From: a virus
Direction: 5' to 3' (one strand)
Length of the DNA: 64,000 bases
Virus record (IMG/VR): IMGVR_UViG_3300031823_000003
Location: 22,325-86,324 of that record
The notes beneath the pieces were generated by a model. The model had not been told where the DNA came from. It was given only the letters and a program-made list of their open reading frames with translations, and ran no database searches. This document shows, piece after piece, positions 1-9,500 of this stretch (position 1 is the stretch's first letter; each line of letters begins with the position of its first letter). A program made the position numbers and the translations under genes.

Positions 1-1824
1 GAGCAACTGTTTTTGCTCCGGAGTTTCGGCGGCACCCGGATCGCTGGACGCAGGCGTACCCGTGCTTGTCTTGGCAAACCGTTTCAGGTCGTTCGGCAGC
101 GGCTGACCGCTCATGTTCTGCTGCCAGTCGGCGGCGATACTCTCTCCGGCTTTGGTGGTCTCGCGCTGCACAATACCGAATAAATCTTTACGCTGATCTT
201 CCGGCAGCAGACCTTCGCTGGCAAGCGAATAATAACGCCGTAACTTATCCCATAGGCTACCCGTATGCTGTTCCAGTTGCAGTTCCTGTTGTGGCAAACG
301 CACGCTTCCGGGATTCATGGCGCGCACAGCGGCCACTACCATAGCCAAGTCTTGTCGGGGAGTGGCTTTGGCTGGATCGCTATCGACCTCTTTCATGTAA
401 TCTTCCTGCGCGTTGAGCAGGCCGAACAGTGGCTTCATTTTCTGATACGTAGTAGTCGTGGTCTGCTGTGTCTTGGCTTTGGGCTGAGATAGAGTGTGAC
501 CGATTACCCGGTCACCTGATACGCCTGCACCTGCTGCTGTCGGAGTTGATGCGGCTGTGTGTGAAGGCGCGGCAGCAGCAGTAGTAGTCGATGGCTTTGT
601 CGATCCGGCACTGGGTGTGTTACTAGGTGTACTGATCGTGCCACTCGGATGAACCGCTGGAGTCCCGGTCTTTTGCGGCGTCGTGGTCCGTTGCAGTTTG
701 ACCACGTGAATCTCGCCTGTCTCTTTATCCGTGTAGATGTAGTTTTGCTCACTGACTTTGCCCATTTGTCCGGACGCTACCCACGACTGGCGTAATTGCT
801 GTAACGACTCCGCGCTCAGTTCCTTTTCGGGGATACCCGCTTCCTTGGCGACCCGCTCAATGTACTCCTGTTCACTCCCCGGCTTGGCGATCTGCGATGC
901 AGGCGCACGGACCTCTCCGGCGTCAACCCAGTCCGACACTTTGCCGTCGGCGCTTTGATAGCGTTCGTATTTATGGTTATCAGGGCCGATACGGGTATCG
1001 AAAATTTTCTGCTTCTGGCTGTATCCGGACGCTGCTTCGCCGATACGATCGCGCAGTGATTGTACTTTTTGATCGTGCGCTGTCTTTTGTTCGGGTGTCA
1101 TCTGGGACGTATCCGCCATTTCCAGATTACGGAGATCGAGTTTGTCCTGAGTCAGTCCCTCAGCGAGTGCCTGGTCGCCGCGCATCAGTTTGAGTTGTTG
1201 CTGGTACGCGGGACTGGTATACATTGCAGCTTCGCCTGTGTAATCGGGACCAATCTTCTGCCGGATCATCACGGCGGCCTGCAACTTTTGTAATGGGTCG
1301 TTCGATGCCCACATGGCCAGCGGATTTTGCTGGTCACCGGATGCAGATGGACCCGCACCTGAGCCACTTGATTTGCTCTTGGACTTTTTGCCCTTGCCGT
1401 CCTGTTGCCCGAATAGATTCTGGTAGAACTGCTGTTGCACTTGCCATGCGGCGTCGGCTGCGGACTTGGCTTCCTGCACCTCTTTGGAATTGGGATCGGC
1501 ACCGGATTTCAGCATCCCCAGATAGTTGTTCCGCGCTGTCTGATAGTTGTAGTTGAGACCCTGTGCGAGACGTTGTTGCTTGTAGGCGCGGACCTGATTC
1601 GCGTAGTCTCTGCCCCGGAGAGCACCCTTGAGCAGGGAATCAACGACAGTGGCAACTTTGGTTATACCCGCGCCTCGCCCACCGATCAGCGATGGAGACT
1701 GAGGCTGGGCAGTATCCTGCTGCGGTACAGGCGGAGGAGCGGTGATCTCCGGAATCTGCGGCGGAGGGGGAGCCGTATAGGGTGTAGCGCTCGTAGGATC
1801 GTAAGCGGCTGGGTTTTGAGCCAT
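1..1824 (-). CDS. Large Gln/Ala/Pro-rich protein, probable internal virion (DNA ejection) protein; partial, runs off window start
   Basis: Absent from the ORF track because it has no stop in the window. Read by hand from ATG 1824 (MAQNPAAYDPTSATP...), open to base 1. Follows the tail module. Confidence 0.65.
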   Translation of the reverse strand, partial: MAQNPAAYDPTSATPYTAPPPPQIPEITAPPPVPQQDTAQPQSPSLIGGRGAGITKVATVVDSLLKGALRGRDYANQVRAYKQQRLAQGLNYNYQTARNNYLGMLKSGADPNSKEVQEAKSAADAAWQVQQQFYQNLFGQQDGKGKKSKSKSSGSGAGPSASGDQQNPLAMWASNDPLQKLQAAVMIRQKIGPDYTGEAAMYTSPAYQQQLKLMRGDQALAEGLTQDKLDLRNLEMADTSQMTPEQKTAHDQKVQSLRDRIGEAASGYSQKQKIFDTRIGPDNHKYERYQSADGKVSDWVDAGEVRAPASQIAKPGSEQEYIERVAKEAGIPEKELSAESLQQLRQSWVASGQMGKVSEQNYIYTDKETGEIHVVKLQRTTTPQKTGTPAVHPSGTISTPSNTPSAGSTKPSTTTAAAAPSHTAASTPTAAGAGVSGDRVIGHTLSQPKAKTQQTTTTTYQKMKPLFGLLNAQEDYMKEVDSDPAKATPRQDLAMVVAAVRAMNPGSVRLPQQELQLEQHTGSLWDKLRRYYSLASEGLLPEDQRKDLFGIVQRETTKAGESIAADWQQNMSGQPLPNDLKRFAKTSTGTPASSDPGAAETPEQKQLL

Positions 1825-1838
1825 ATTCTAATCCTGAT

Positions 1839-2462
1839 TTAGAACGCAGCTAGCGCATCCAGCAGGCTTGCCCCGCCCTGCTGGCTGCTTGCGATGGAAC
1901 CGATGGTGCCGCCTAGACTACCCAGCATACCGAACTGTTGGCCTTTCTCCTGTGCTTGCAGTTGCTGGCTCTGTATCTGTAACTGTCCCAAACTAGCTAA
2001 TCCAGAATTGGCGGTGCCTAGGCCGCTGATTCCTGTCCCCGCTGCACTGATGGACTCGCCGACGCCTTGACCAGCGAGTTGCCCCAGAGCGTTTGGAGCG
2101 GCCAGAGTGGCCCCGGATGCAGCAGAGGCTATCTGCGCGCCACGGTTAATATCGGTGGCCTCAAGTGCAAGATTTTTCTCGCCGCCTGCCGGACTGTTAG
2201 CGAGGATATTAGATTTAGCACCAGCGGTTGCCTGAGCGGTCTGTTGTGCGGCAGGCGCGATTGCCTGCATGATGGCAGCGGGATCGCCGCTAGCCAGAGC
2301 TTGGTATTTATCTTCGGCTATTTGTAGTCCAGGTTCGGTAAGCTGGTACAGTTGTTCGGCGTTCTTGGCCTGCCCCTGAGCAATGTTAACCAGAGCGGAT
2401 TGATTGCTCTCCATTTCCTGCTGGACCTGCGGCGTGAGTCCGGCTGGCTGTCCCTTGCCCAT
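1839..2462 (-). CDS. Probable small DNA ejection/pilot protein (P22 gp7-like position and composition)
   Basis: 207 aa, Gly/Ala/Gln-rich, starts MGKG, hydrophobic Gly-rich C-terminus, follows a GNAT-like gene. Confidence 0.6.
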   Translation of the reverse strand: MGKGQPAGLTPQVQQEMESNQSALVNIAQGQAKNAEQLYQLTEPGLQIAEDKYQALASGDPAAIMQAIAPAAQQTAQATAGAKSNILANSPAGGEKNLALEATDINRGAQIASAASGATLAAPNALGQLAGQGVGESISAAGTGISGLGTANSGLASLGQLQIQSQQLQAQEKGQQFGMLGSLGGTIGSIASSQQGGASLLDALAAF

Positions 2463-3111
2463 TTGTGATCGAATCTCCAGCTAGTGCCAGCAGTTTACGC
2501 CGGCAGCATAGCTCAAAGTCTGCTCTGGTCAGCGCAGATACCGTACACTCTACCAGACCGCCATCGTGGGTGCGAAGCAGATCGGGGATATTGCCAACGT
2601 CCCTCGCGCCGTACTGCTGCATCCATTTCCCGGCTAAGATATTTGAGGTATAACGCTGGCCTAGGATCGTCCGCAATGAGTGTTGGGAGAACAGGTAGGC
2701 GAGACCGAGCATACCGAGGATAACGGATTCAGAGGTCCCCCACCAAGGCTTAAAGTAGCAAAAAGCTGCAAAGGCCGAGTTGGCAGATGGGGATAGGATA
2801 ATCTCCGTCGGCCAAGCGAATCCGGCGGGAGTAAACTCAGTGAGTGATGTGTGCTTGCATAATAGAATGACCTGACGGTTAGCCAGATAAGAGCAGATCG
2901 CATCCGCCGACAGATCAGCCATTCCGCAAAAAGTCTCCGGCAGAACTCCGTATGGAGATGATGGACGGGACAACAGGCATTGTGAATAGAGATAATGAAT
3001 ATAATTTGTGCCGAAAACTGGAACCCGCGTGCGGTCATAGGGAATGACTTGCAGATCGCCGAGTCGGTAGTTGTCCAGTTTGAGCGCGTCGATGATGGGA
3101 GAGTCACTCAC
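2386..3111 (-). CDS. GNAT-fold acyl/acetyltransferase-like protein
   Basis: Likely GTG start at 3111. Segment LAYLFSQHSLRTILGQRYTSNILAGKWMQQYGARDVGNIP resembles RimJ/RimL-type GNAT motif B. Same position as GNAT-like genes of other podoviruses. Confidence 0.55.
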   Translation of the reverse strand: MSDSPIIDALKLDNYRLGDLQVIPYDRTRVPVFGTNYIHYLYSQCLLSRPSSPYGVLPETFCGMADLSADAICSYLANRQVILLCKHTSLTEFTPAGFAWPTEIILSPSANSAFAAFCYFKPWWGTSESVILGMLGLAYLFSQHSLRTILGQRYTSNILAGKWMQQYGARDVGNIPDLLRTHDGGLVECTVSALTRADFELCCRRKLLALAGDSITNGQGTASRTHAAGPAGNGEQSIRSG

Positions 3112-3223
3112 TCGGCGCATCCTCATCGTGGCCGTCGGGAAGTTTATCCCAACCGTTTTCCATGCGGACAGCGTGGTAGTCAATGCTGCGGGTGTCCTTG
3201 CGTCTGATTCTGTGCTGGCTCAT
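3104..3223 (-). CDS. 39-aa micro-ORF (MSQHRIRRKDTRSIDYHAVRMENGWDKLPDGHDEDAPSE)
   Basis: ATGA overlap with the ACP stop and GTGAGTGA overlap with the GNAT start, i.e. coupled on both sides. Confidence 0.5.
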   Translation of the reverse strand: MSQHRIRRKDTRSIDYHAVRMENGWDKLPDGHDEDAPSE

Positions 3224-3498
3224 TGTGCGGCCGTCTCTGCTTCTGCTGCTATCGCTGACTTTTTATCAATCCACGCCTCGGCGTATCTCACGATCTGGTC
3301 CACGGTGACGAGCTTGAACAGGTCATCATCGGGAATTGGACCGATGGATAGTTTTTCATCCAGCGCAAGTGCCAGATGTACGAAATCAAGACTGTCCAGT
3401 CCGAGATCACCGATCAAAGTGGAATCGAGACTCGGCGATTTCCCTGATTCTTCGGCGACACAGTGCAGGACGATATTGACGACCTCATCGTGAGTCAC
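3220..3498 (-). CDS. acpP: Acyl carrier protein
   Basis: 92 aa, acidic, DLGLDSLDFV phosphopantetheine motif (Ser36), PDDD..LVTVDQIVRY C-terminal helix pattern. Confidence 0.9.
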   Translation of the reverse strand: MTHDEVVNIVLHCVAEESGKSPSLDSTLIGDLGLDSLDFVHLALALDEKLSIGPIPDDDLFKLVTVDQIVRYAEAWIDKKSAIAAEAETAAQ

Positions 3499-3503
3499 AG
3501 AGA

Positions 3504-3995
3504 TTACCTCTCCAGTAGAGTTTTGATCGTGTCGGCCAGTCCGAGTATGAATAGTGCTATCGACGAATACGCCAGCGCCAGTGTGGTCGCATATTTCGGA
3601 GCGGTGTAATTGGATGAACCAGTGTATTTGGCGTTCGGTGGCGGTGGGGCGTAGTCGAACGGCGGCGGCAAATTCTTTGGGTACTTGGCATGCAGGTACG
3701 CCTCATAGCAGACCGCCGTCCAGACATTGAACAGTAGAGCTTGAATCGCAGCCGCAATCAGCAGGGTAGCGGGTACAGGCTGACGATGATAAGCGCAGAG
3801 CAGAGCGAGTGCCAGAGCGACGCCGAATATGACGTAATAGAACCTGCGGAATAATGCGTAGGGCGCGAAGAACGATCCCCGGTCAGCGCCCCAGTCCATT
3901 TCGTAGACGCGGCCACGGAGACCGGCCCAGAATGAACTGCACAGACCGAGAGGGAGCAATATGACCAGAAGTATTATGAATAACGTGTCACTCAT
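3504..3995 (-). CDS. Multi-pass membrane protein (about 4 TM segments)
   Basis: Four long hydrophobic stretches in 163 aa. Confidence 0.7.
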   Translation of the reverse strand: MSDTLFIILLVILLPLGLCSSFWAGLRGRVYEMDWGADRGSFFAPYALFRRFYYVIFGVALALALLCAYHRQPVPATLLIAAAIQALLFNVWTAVCYEAYLHAKYPKNLPPPFDYAPPPPNAKYTGSSNYTAPKYATTLALAYSSIALFILGLADTIKTLLER

Positions 3996-4005
3996 GCCTA
4001 TGCTC

Positions 4006-4284
4006 CTACGCTCTCCCTGCGCCCGGAATAAATTGTCCCGCTCCGGGTACTTGTATCTTCGGCGGGTCCAGTGCCTGGATCACACCTTCGATATTGATGC
4101 ATGCCGCCGCCAGTCCCTGCATAGCCGGATGATATACAGGCATATCGAATGACAGGAGCGCATTGCGGTAGGCGAGGCCGATGGCATCGCGGACCTTGCG
4201 CAGTTCGACAGCGAGAGCTTCGGCGCGGGGGCTGGGATCGATAGTGACGGTGACGGTGAGAGATTGTTGCTCGGTGACAGGCAT
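4006..4284 (-). CDS. Hypothetical protein
   Basis: 92 aa ORF tiling the operon. Confidence 0.6.
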   Translation of the reverse strand: MPVTEQQSLTVTVTIDPSPRAEALAVELRKVRDAIGLAYRNALLSFDMPVYHPAMQGLAAACINIEGVIQALDPPKIQVPGAGQFIPGAGRA

Positions 4285-4292
4285 GCTCGGAA

Positions 4293-4706
4293 TTAACCTT
4301 TCTTATAGGCGCGGTTAGCTAAAAATTCTTTCACTGCTGTCTCCAGTGCATCCCCGATCCCGGTGAATTTTTCCCGGCGCACTACTTTGTACAGTTGTTC
4401 CCTGAGACTGGATTCCAGCCGGAATGACACCGTGACTCTGGGAACCGATTCGGGCGTGTATTGGCGGTATTTGCGGGATGATTTACGAAGAGATCGAGAC
4501 GGCTTACGAAGAGACTGAGACGACTTCTGCTTACTCCGGGTACGGCGGGGAGAACTGGAAGACTCAGCATGAACAGTATCAGCGGAGCCAGCCACTCCAT
4601 CTGCGTCGCCGTCATGCCCCCTCGTATTGTCGTTCTCAGTCTTCCCGCTTGCGCTTTCAGCGCTATCATCACACACGCTCACTGAGGCCGCACCCGGTTC
4701 CGTCAT
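4293..4706 (-). CDS. Ribbon-helix-helix DNA-binding protein with disordered N-terminus
   Basis: C-terminal RVTVSFRLESSLREQLYKVVRRE..GIGDALETAVKEFL is an RHH pattern. Confidence 0.7.
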   Translation of the reverse strand: MTEPGAASVSVCDDSAESASGKTENDNTRGHDGDADGVAGSADTVHAESSSSPRRTRSKQKSSQSLRKPSRSLRKSSRKYRQYTPESVPRVTVSFRLESSLREQLYKVVRREKFTGIGDALETAVKEFLANRAYKKG

Positions 4707-4714
4707 TGCTGGTT

Positions 4715-4743
4715 AACGTATACGAACAGGTATACGATGTCAA
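4715..4743 (-). promoter_or_regulatory. Sigma70-like promoter of the RHH gene overlapped by two GTATACGA boxes
   Basis: TTGACA (4743-4738)-17 nt-TACGTT (4720-4715); CGTATACGA at 4717-4725 and GGTATACGA at 4729-4737. Confidence 0.6.
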
Positions 4744-4761
4744 GGCAAATTTGCGAATGGG

Positions 4762-5055
4762 TTACTCAATGGGTATGTCGATCTTCGTCCCCTGCCATGC
4801 CAGCAGCCGGGCATTGATGGATTTGCGGGTAGAGTGGCGGTTACGCAGAGCGGGGATGATTACGTTCTCCCGCCATTTGCCGATGTCGCCACCGAATCGC
4901 TGCTGGAGTTCGTCGAGGCTGATGCCGAATGTTTCGGCGACACCTTGGATTACGTGACCGTCATCGTCGGTCTCTTCGATCGACGCGGTGATGGTGTGAT
5001 GGCCATTGACGGCGTTGATGTCAGCGGAGTGCGTTACCAGTTGGAGCTTAGGCAT
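4762..5055 (-). CDS. Hypothetical protein
   Basis: 97 aa ORF in operon. Confidence 0.6.
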   Translation of the reverse strand: MPKLQLVTHSADINAVNGHHTITASIEETDDDGHVIQGVAETFGISLDELQQRFGGDIGKWRENVIIPALRNRHSTRKSINARLLAWQGTKIDIPIE

Positions 5056-5061
5056 GAACAG

Positions 5062-6090
5062 TCACAGTCTCCCGAATAGACGAACACCGGCACCAATGTT
5101 AACGACAGGTGGAGTACTGCCCGCACCTGAATTTACGGTATCAACCCCATTATTATTTACCACAACTACAGCAATCAGCGTGCTTCCGTCGAGACTGGGA
5201 TTGGTTCCGCCAGCAAACGACAGCCGGCTGGTCCATAAATCAGAAGCAAAAGGTCCGGTGCGGAACAGCACACTTTGTCCTACTCGTCTGCTGTAGTAAT
5301 ACACTCCATTCAAGGATACAACTCCACCTGTAGCCGTGGCATTCGGCCCACTTTGATTAAACGTGAACGTCGGCGTCGATGTCGGCGCAACTAGTAATTG
5401 CTGCCCGTTGAACGATGGATCGGTAGCTCCGGAGATCACCACAGTCTCGCCGGGACCGAGAACATTGATACCGGTAGTTGATCCCGTGACCACGCCGCCC
5501 GCTCTGGTCATGGTGGCAATCCCGTAATTTGTCGGCAGGGTAAGCGAGTCATTGAACGTTGCGTAGGGTTCCTGGTGGCCGTCCACAAACTGATGAAATC
5601 CTGCGGTGATGGTGACAGGCACGAATCCACCGGACGGCGTGCCGGGGATCACAGCGGACGTATTGGACGTAGGAGCCACACCAATTACGGAATTGAGGAA
5701 TGTTGAGTATCGTTCCTGCTGTACCCGGTCATTGATACGGCGATAGGACTGGAGCACCTGTTTGCCAAGCGCTTGGAATTGCGGCGCGAGCGCAGCGGCT
5801 CCAAAATTGGAGTTGGCAAATGCCAATGGGACTACATCGCCGTCGGTCTCCGGCATACCTACGTTACGGACCGGCTTACCTCCGAAGTTTGCGCCGGCTT
5901 TGAAATAGGGAGGTTCGCCGCCGTGGCCGAGGATGTAGTTCAGGAGTTGAGCGTGGTTCTGGATGATGTTGTTGAGCAGAGCCGGGTCTTTAAGATCGTC
6001 GGCGGTGAGAGTGATCTGTTGCAGAGGCGCAGGAGGAGACGATGATGGAGCCGATGGGGCAGCAGGAGGAGTGGTGGGGATGGTTGCCAT
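5062..6090 (-). CDS. Probable tail/virion structural protein with FCCH-like beta module
   Basis: 342 aa; TRAGGVVTG..GETVVISGATDPSFNG module shared with other tail proteins here. Confidence 0.55.
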   Translation of the reverse strand: MATIPTTPPAAPSAPSSSPPAPLQQITLTADDLKDPALLNNIIQNHAQLLNYILGHGGEPPYFKAGANFGGKPVRNVGMPETDGDVVPLAFANSNFGAAALAPQFQALGKQVLQSYRRINDRVQQERYSTFLNSVIGVAPTSNTSAVIPGTPSGGFVPVTITAGFHQFVDGHQEPYATFNDSLTLPTNYGIATMTRAGGVVTGSTTGINVLGPGETVVISGATDPSFNGQQLLVAPTSTPTFTFNQSGPNATATGGVVSLNGVYYYSRRVGQSVLFRTGPFASDLWTSRLSFAGGTNPSLDGSTLIAVVVVNNNGVDTVNSGAGSTPPVVNIGAGVRLFGRL

Positions 6091-6501
6091 CTATTTCCTC
6101 GATTTCGGGCGCGGACGCGGCACCTGACAGATTGGTTCCGGTGCACAGTCCCGCACTCGCTTGTCATGCCCAGCCTGAATAAAATCATCTTCATCGTCAC
6201 TCAGCCGCATGACCATCTCCGGCCCGATCTCATGGGACTCGAAGTACTCGTTAAAGTGGACGTTGCAGGCATCCATAACCACGCCTTCTGGTGTAAATAT
6301 CCGGTAGACTACTTTCCACTTGCAGTACTTTTTGACAATGAAGTCCTGCGCGGCGGAATGAGTGCGGGTAGAGATTTTGTAGCATTGCAATGCGGGAATG
6401 GAGATGGGCACAGGTGCAGTCACGGGTTCAGCGCGGGGCAGAGATTTACCGTTCGATCGTTCGGCTACCGTAGCTGTGGCTGCACTCGCTCCCGCGCTCA
6501 T
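6091..6501 (-). CDS. Hypothetical protein
   Basis: 136 aa, abuts both neighbours. Confidence 0.55.
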   Translation of the reverse strand: MSAGASAATATVAERSNGKSLPRAEPVTAPVPISIPALQCYKISTRTHSAAQDFIVKKYCKWKVVYRIFTPEGVVMDACNVHFNEYFESHEIGPEMVMRLSDDEDDFIQAGHDKRVRDCAPEPICQVPRPRPKSRK

Positions 6502-6503
6502 AG

Positions 6504-9500
6504 TTAACCCGACACCAGTTCGCTTCTCTGATAACCCTTCGATCCCGGCCCGATAACAGGTTTTTGTTCGACCACAATTGGTGCCCAGATTTGCAGGTCG
6601 TTGTCCGCCGGATTAGGACTGGTACTTGCCATAATAACCCTGAACAGTCTTAGCTTCATAGCTGGCAAACGTTCCCGTACCGGGACTTCGATGCGATTGG
6701 GATTGGCCGGGAGAGTCAATGTGTAGTATGGCACACTCGATCCATCGGCGAAAAAGCTGACTACTACCGGGAGAGATGCCGTGTAGTCGATGTAAATTTG
6801 TTTCACCAGCTTGGATTCATCGCTGCCCCACTTGACGAAGTATGAGTCATAAGTGGCGCGCTGTTCGGGTAGGACGGCAATTTCGATGTCAGCTTGGTAA
6901 ATGATCGGCGCGGCGGTTACCGATCCTGTGATTACAAGGCTGGTGCGATAGGCTTCCACTCCATCGCCTGAGTTGATATCGAACTGGTATTTGGTGCGGA
7001 TAGTGCCGGTGAGCGTGCCCAGAGTGATCGGGGGTACTGAGCCGTTGTTGTCGTCGAACTGTAATTGGACGGTCAGGGTTTGATTGTTTGGATTTGCGTC
7101 TATCGCTAGGTTCTGGATTTGTTTCTGATTGTTCGGAGCGCCGAAGTCCAGAAATGGAGTCTGGAGATTAAGTGCAATTGGTATCTTGACCAGTGCCCCG
7201 CCGACCCAGCCGCCGTCATCGTAATCCTTGGTAATATCCTCATAGACGATCGCCCAGCCGGATTGCGATCCCGCTGTGATTGGGATTGAATAGACGAGTT
7301 GATTGGTGTCTTCCTCAGCCAATATAGCGGTTGCCGCAACGTCGTCATTGCGCCAGCGTTTATAGGACTGGCTCCAGCGTAGCCTGTGCTGGTTGCCATC
7401 TATGCCCGTATACACAAATGTAACCGTATTGTTCTTGAACGCCGACACCACATTGCCCAGCAGCGACAGGTTGACCAGTGGCACCGGAGTCAGCGGATTG
7501 TTGCGGTACAGCCACTCGATAATCAGCGACCGATAATCCGCCAGACTTCCCGAAAACGCCCTTATACCGTCGAAACTCTGTTCGTACACTTCGTTCTCTG
7601 TAATCGACCAGTCGAAACTCGCGGGCGATCCATGCTTCGATCCAGTGCTCTGCATGTATGGCGGCGATCCGGGGAATACCTGATAGTGGGACGAAAATGT
7701 ACGTACAAATATTGTGCCCCGGAAATTGTACACCGCGCTGATGGGGTCACTGGGTCCACCGGGACTGGGAATATAGTTCTGTGGCGGGCAGTTCTCCGGG
7801 TATCCGCGCGGAGTGTAGTAAAGCAGATGGGGATTGTTCGGGTCGCCCGCCAGCCAAGTTTGACCATAACCGGACGCTGCTAGATTGCATGCCACAGCAG
7901 GCTTCGAGAATACCTGTACCTGTTCGCCGATCGCATGCGGCAGGAATATGTAACAGGTGAACGTCCCGGTCCCGCCTGCCACGACAAATGCCTGCTCCAA
8001 GTTTTGTGGGGTGCCGATGACGACGATCTGGCCGACGAGGAATGTAGCGGTTGCGTTAGTGACATTGACAGTGACCAGCGTAGGAAAGTTTGTGCCAGCG
8101 GGAGCAGGAGCAAGCGCGCCTGTCAGTGTAGTCGCAATTGGATTCTGTAACGTGGATGTGACAGGCACGTCATTTTGTAGATTGAGAATGTTGCCTTGGC
8201 TCAGCGCGCTGTCAGGAAGAATGTACTGATAGCTGAATGTTCCTGTGCCCGTGACATTGGGGAATTGATCCGCATAATACCAGTTATTGCCATAGAGTCC
8301 GCCGCGAGCGTAGACACGGACATGGGTGACACGCGGATTGGGCGAGTACTGGCCGCTTAGATTGATTGCCTGGCGCAGCGGGACCAGAGTGGACTCGCCC
8401 CCCGGATTCGACGGCGTAATCGAAAACATTGCCTCCCAGCACCCATTCGACTCCGTCATCGTAGTGGCGTCGTAATACGTGTACCGGAAATCGTATCCGA
8501 CCCCGCCGTAGCTTGATGCACCCGCGTTTGTTCCTACACCTGATGCAGTCGGATTACCCTGAATATACAGCCCGTTAAACGCGATCGTCGTGGACCCCTG
8601 CGTGTTGGTGACTACCTGCACCTGCCATCCTGTGATCGCCGACCAGTCATTACCCGGCGTGCCCGCGTTGCCGACCGGCAGAAAGTCCCCCAGTTGCATG
8701 TAGATCACCGACCACGAACCTTGACCAGATGACATCTGCGACGGCTGGATTTGCGGCAGAGTGGGATCGTTGCCGGGGAGATTAGTAGGCTGACCCAACT
8801 GTTGCACGTTGGTGATCCCGGTGGCGAGAGAGAATACCTCATTGACCATCGCGGTGGTCGGATCGTTGGTTTGCGGGAGAGAGATATTCCCTTGGTAACT
8901 GACCGGGACGATTGTTTTCGAGTAGTAGTTTGCCGTATACCCGCTGCCATTGACATCGAATTGCACGCTGATCTGCTGCACGGCGGCGGGATTGGATACT
9001 TTCATCACCAGCACGATAAGGTCAGCGGGATTGTATTTGCCGAAATTGAGCGCGACGGTTTTGCCGACGTTGGTCGTGGAGTTAGAGGCGAAGGTGAACT
9101 GGACCTGCTTGAACACGAATGAGTCTGTCGGCGAATAAGCGTTGTTGAGCGCGACGATATCATAAGTGTTGTTGGCGCGATTAGTATTGAATTTGAGACG
9201 GAGAGCGGCGTCGGCCAGAGTGCCGGAGAGAGCGAGCATACCGTCGGGAGCGGCGGAATAAGAGAGAGTGGCATCGGTGTACTGGTCGTAGTTGCCCGAT
9301 AATATGGGCGTGGCAGATGTACCCGCGACAGTGGCAGCGGTAGAGAGCACGCCGGATACGCCGTAGCCGGATGCGGACTGGAACGAGTCAATCAGGGATA
9401 TTTGCGGCGCGTACTGAATAGCGGTAATCGGGACTACCGGAGGAGCGATGCCGATAGAGGTAGGGGAGCCGGTACCATTATCTTTGAGCGGATTGAGCGA

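Noticed and set aside
3220-3498. ACP as part of a host fatty-acid or PKS cluster (host contamination)
   Set aside because: No fab/PKS genes nearby; it is coupled to phage virion-module genes.
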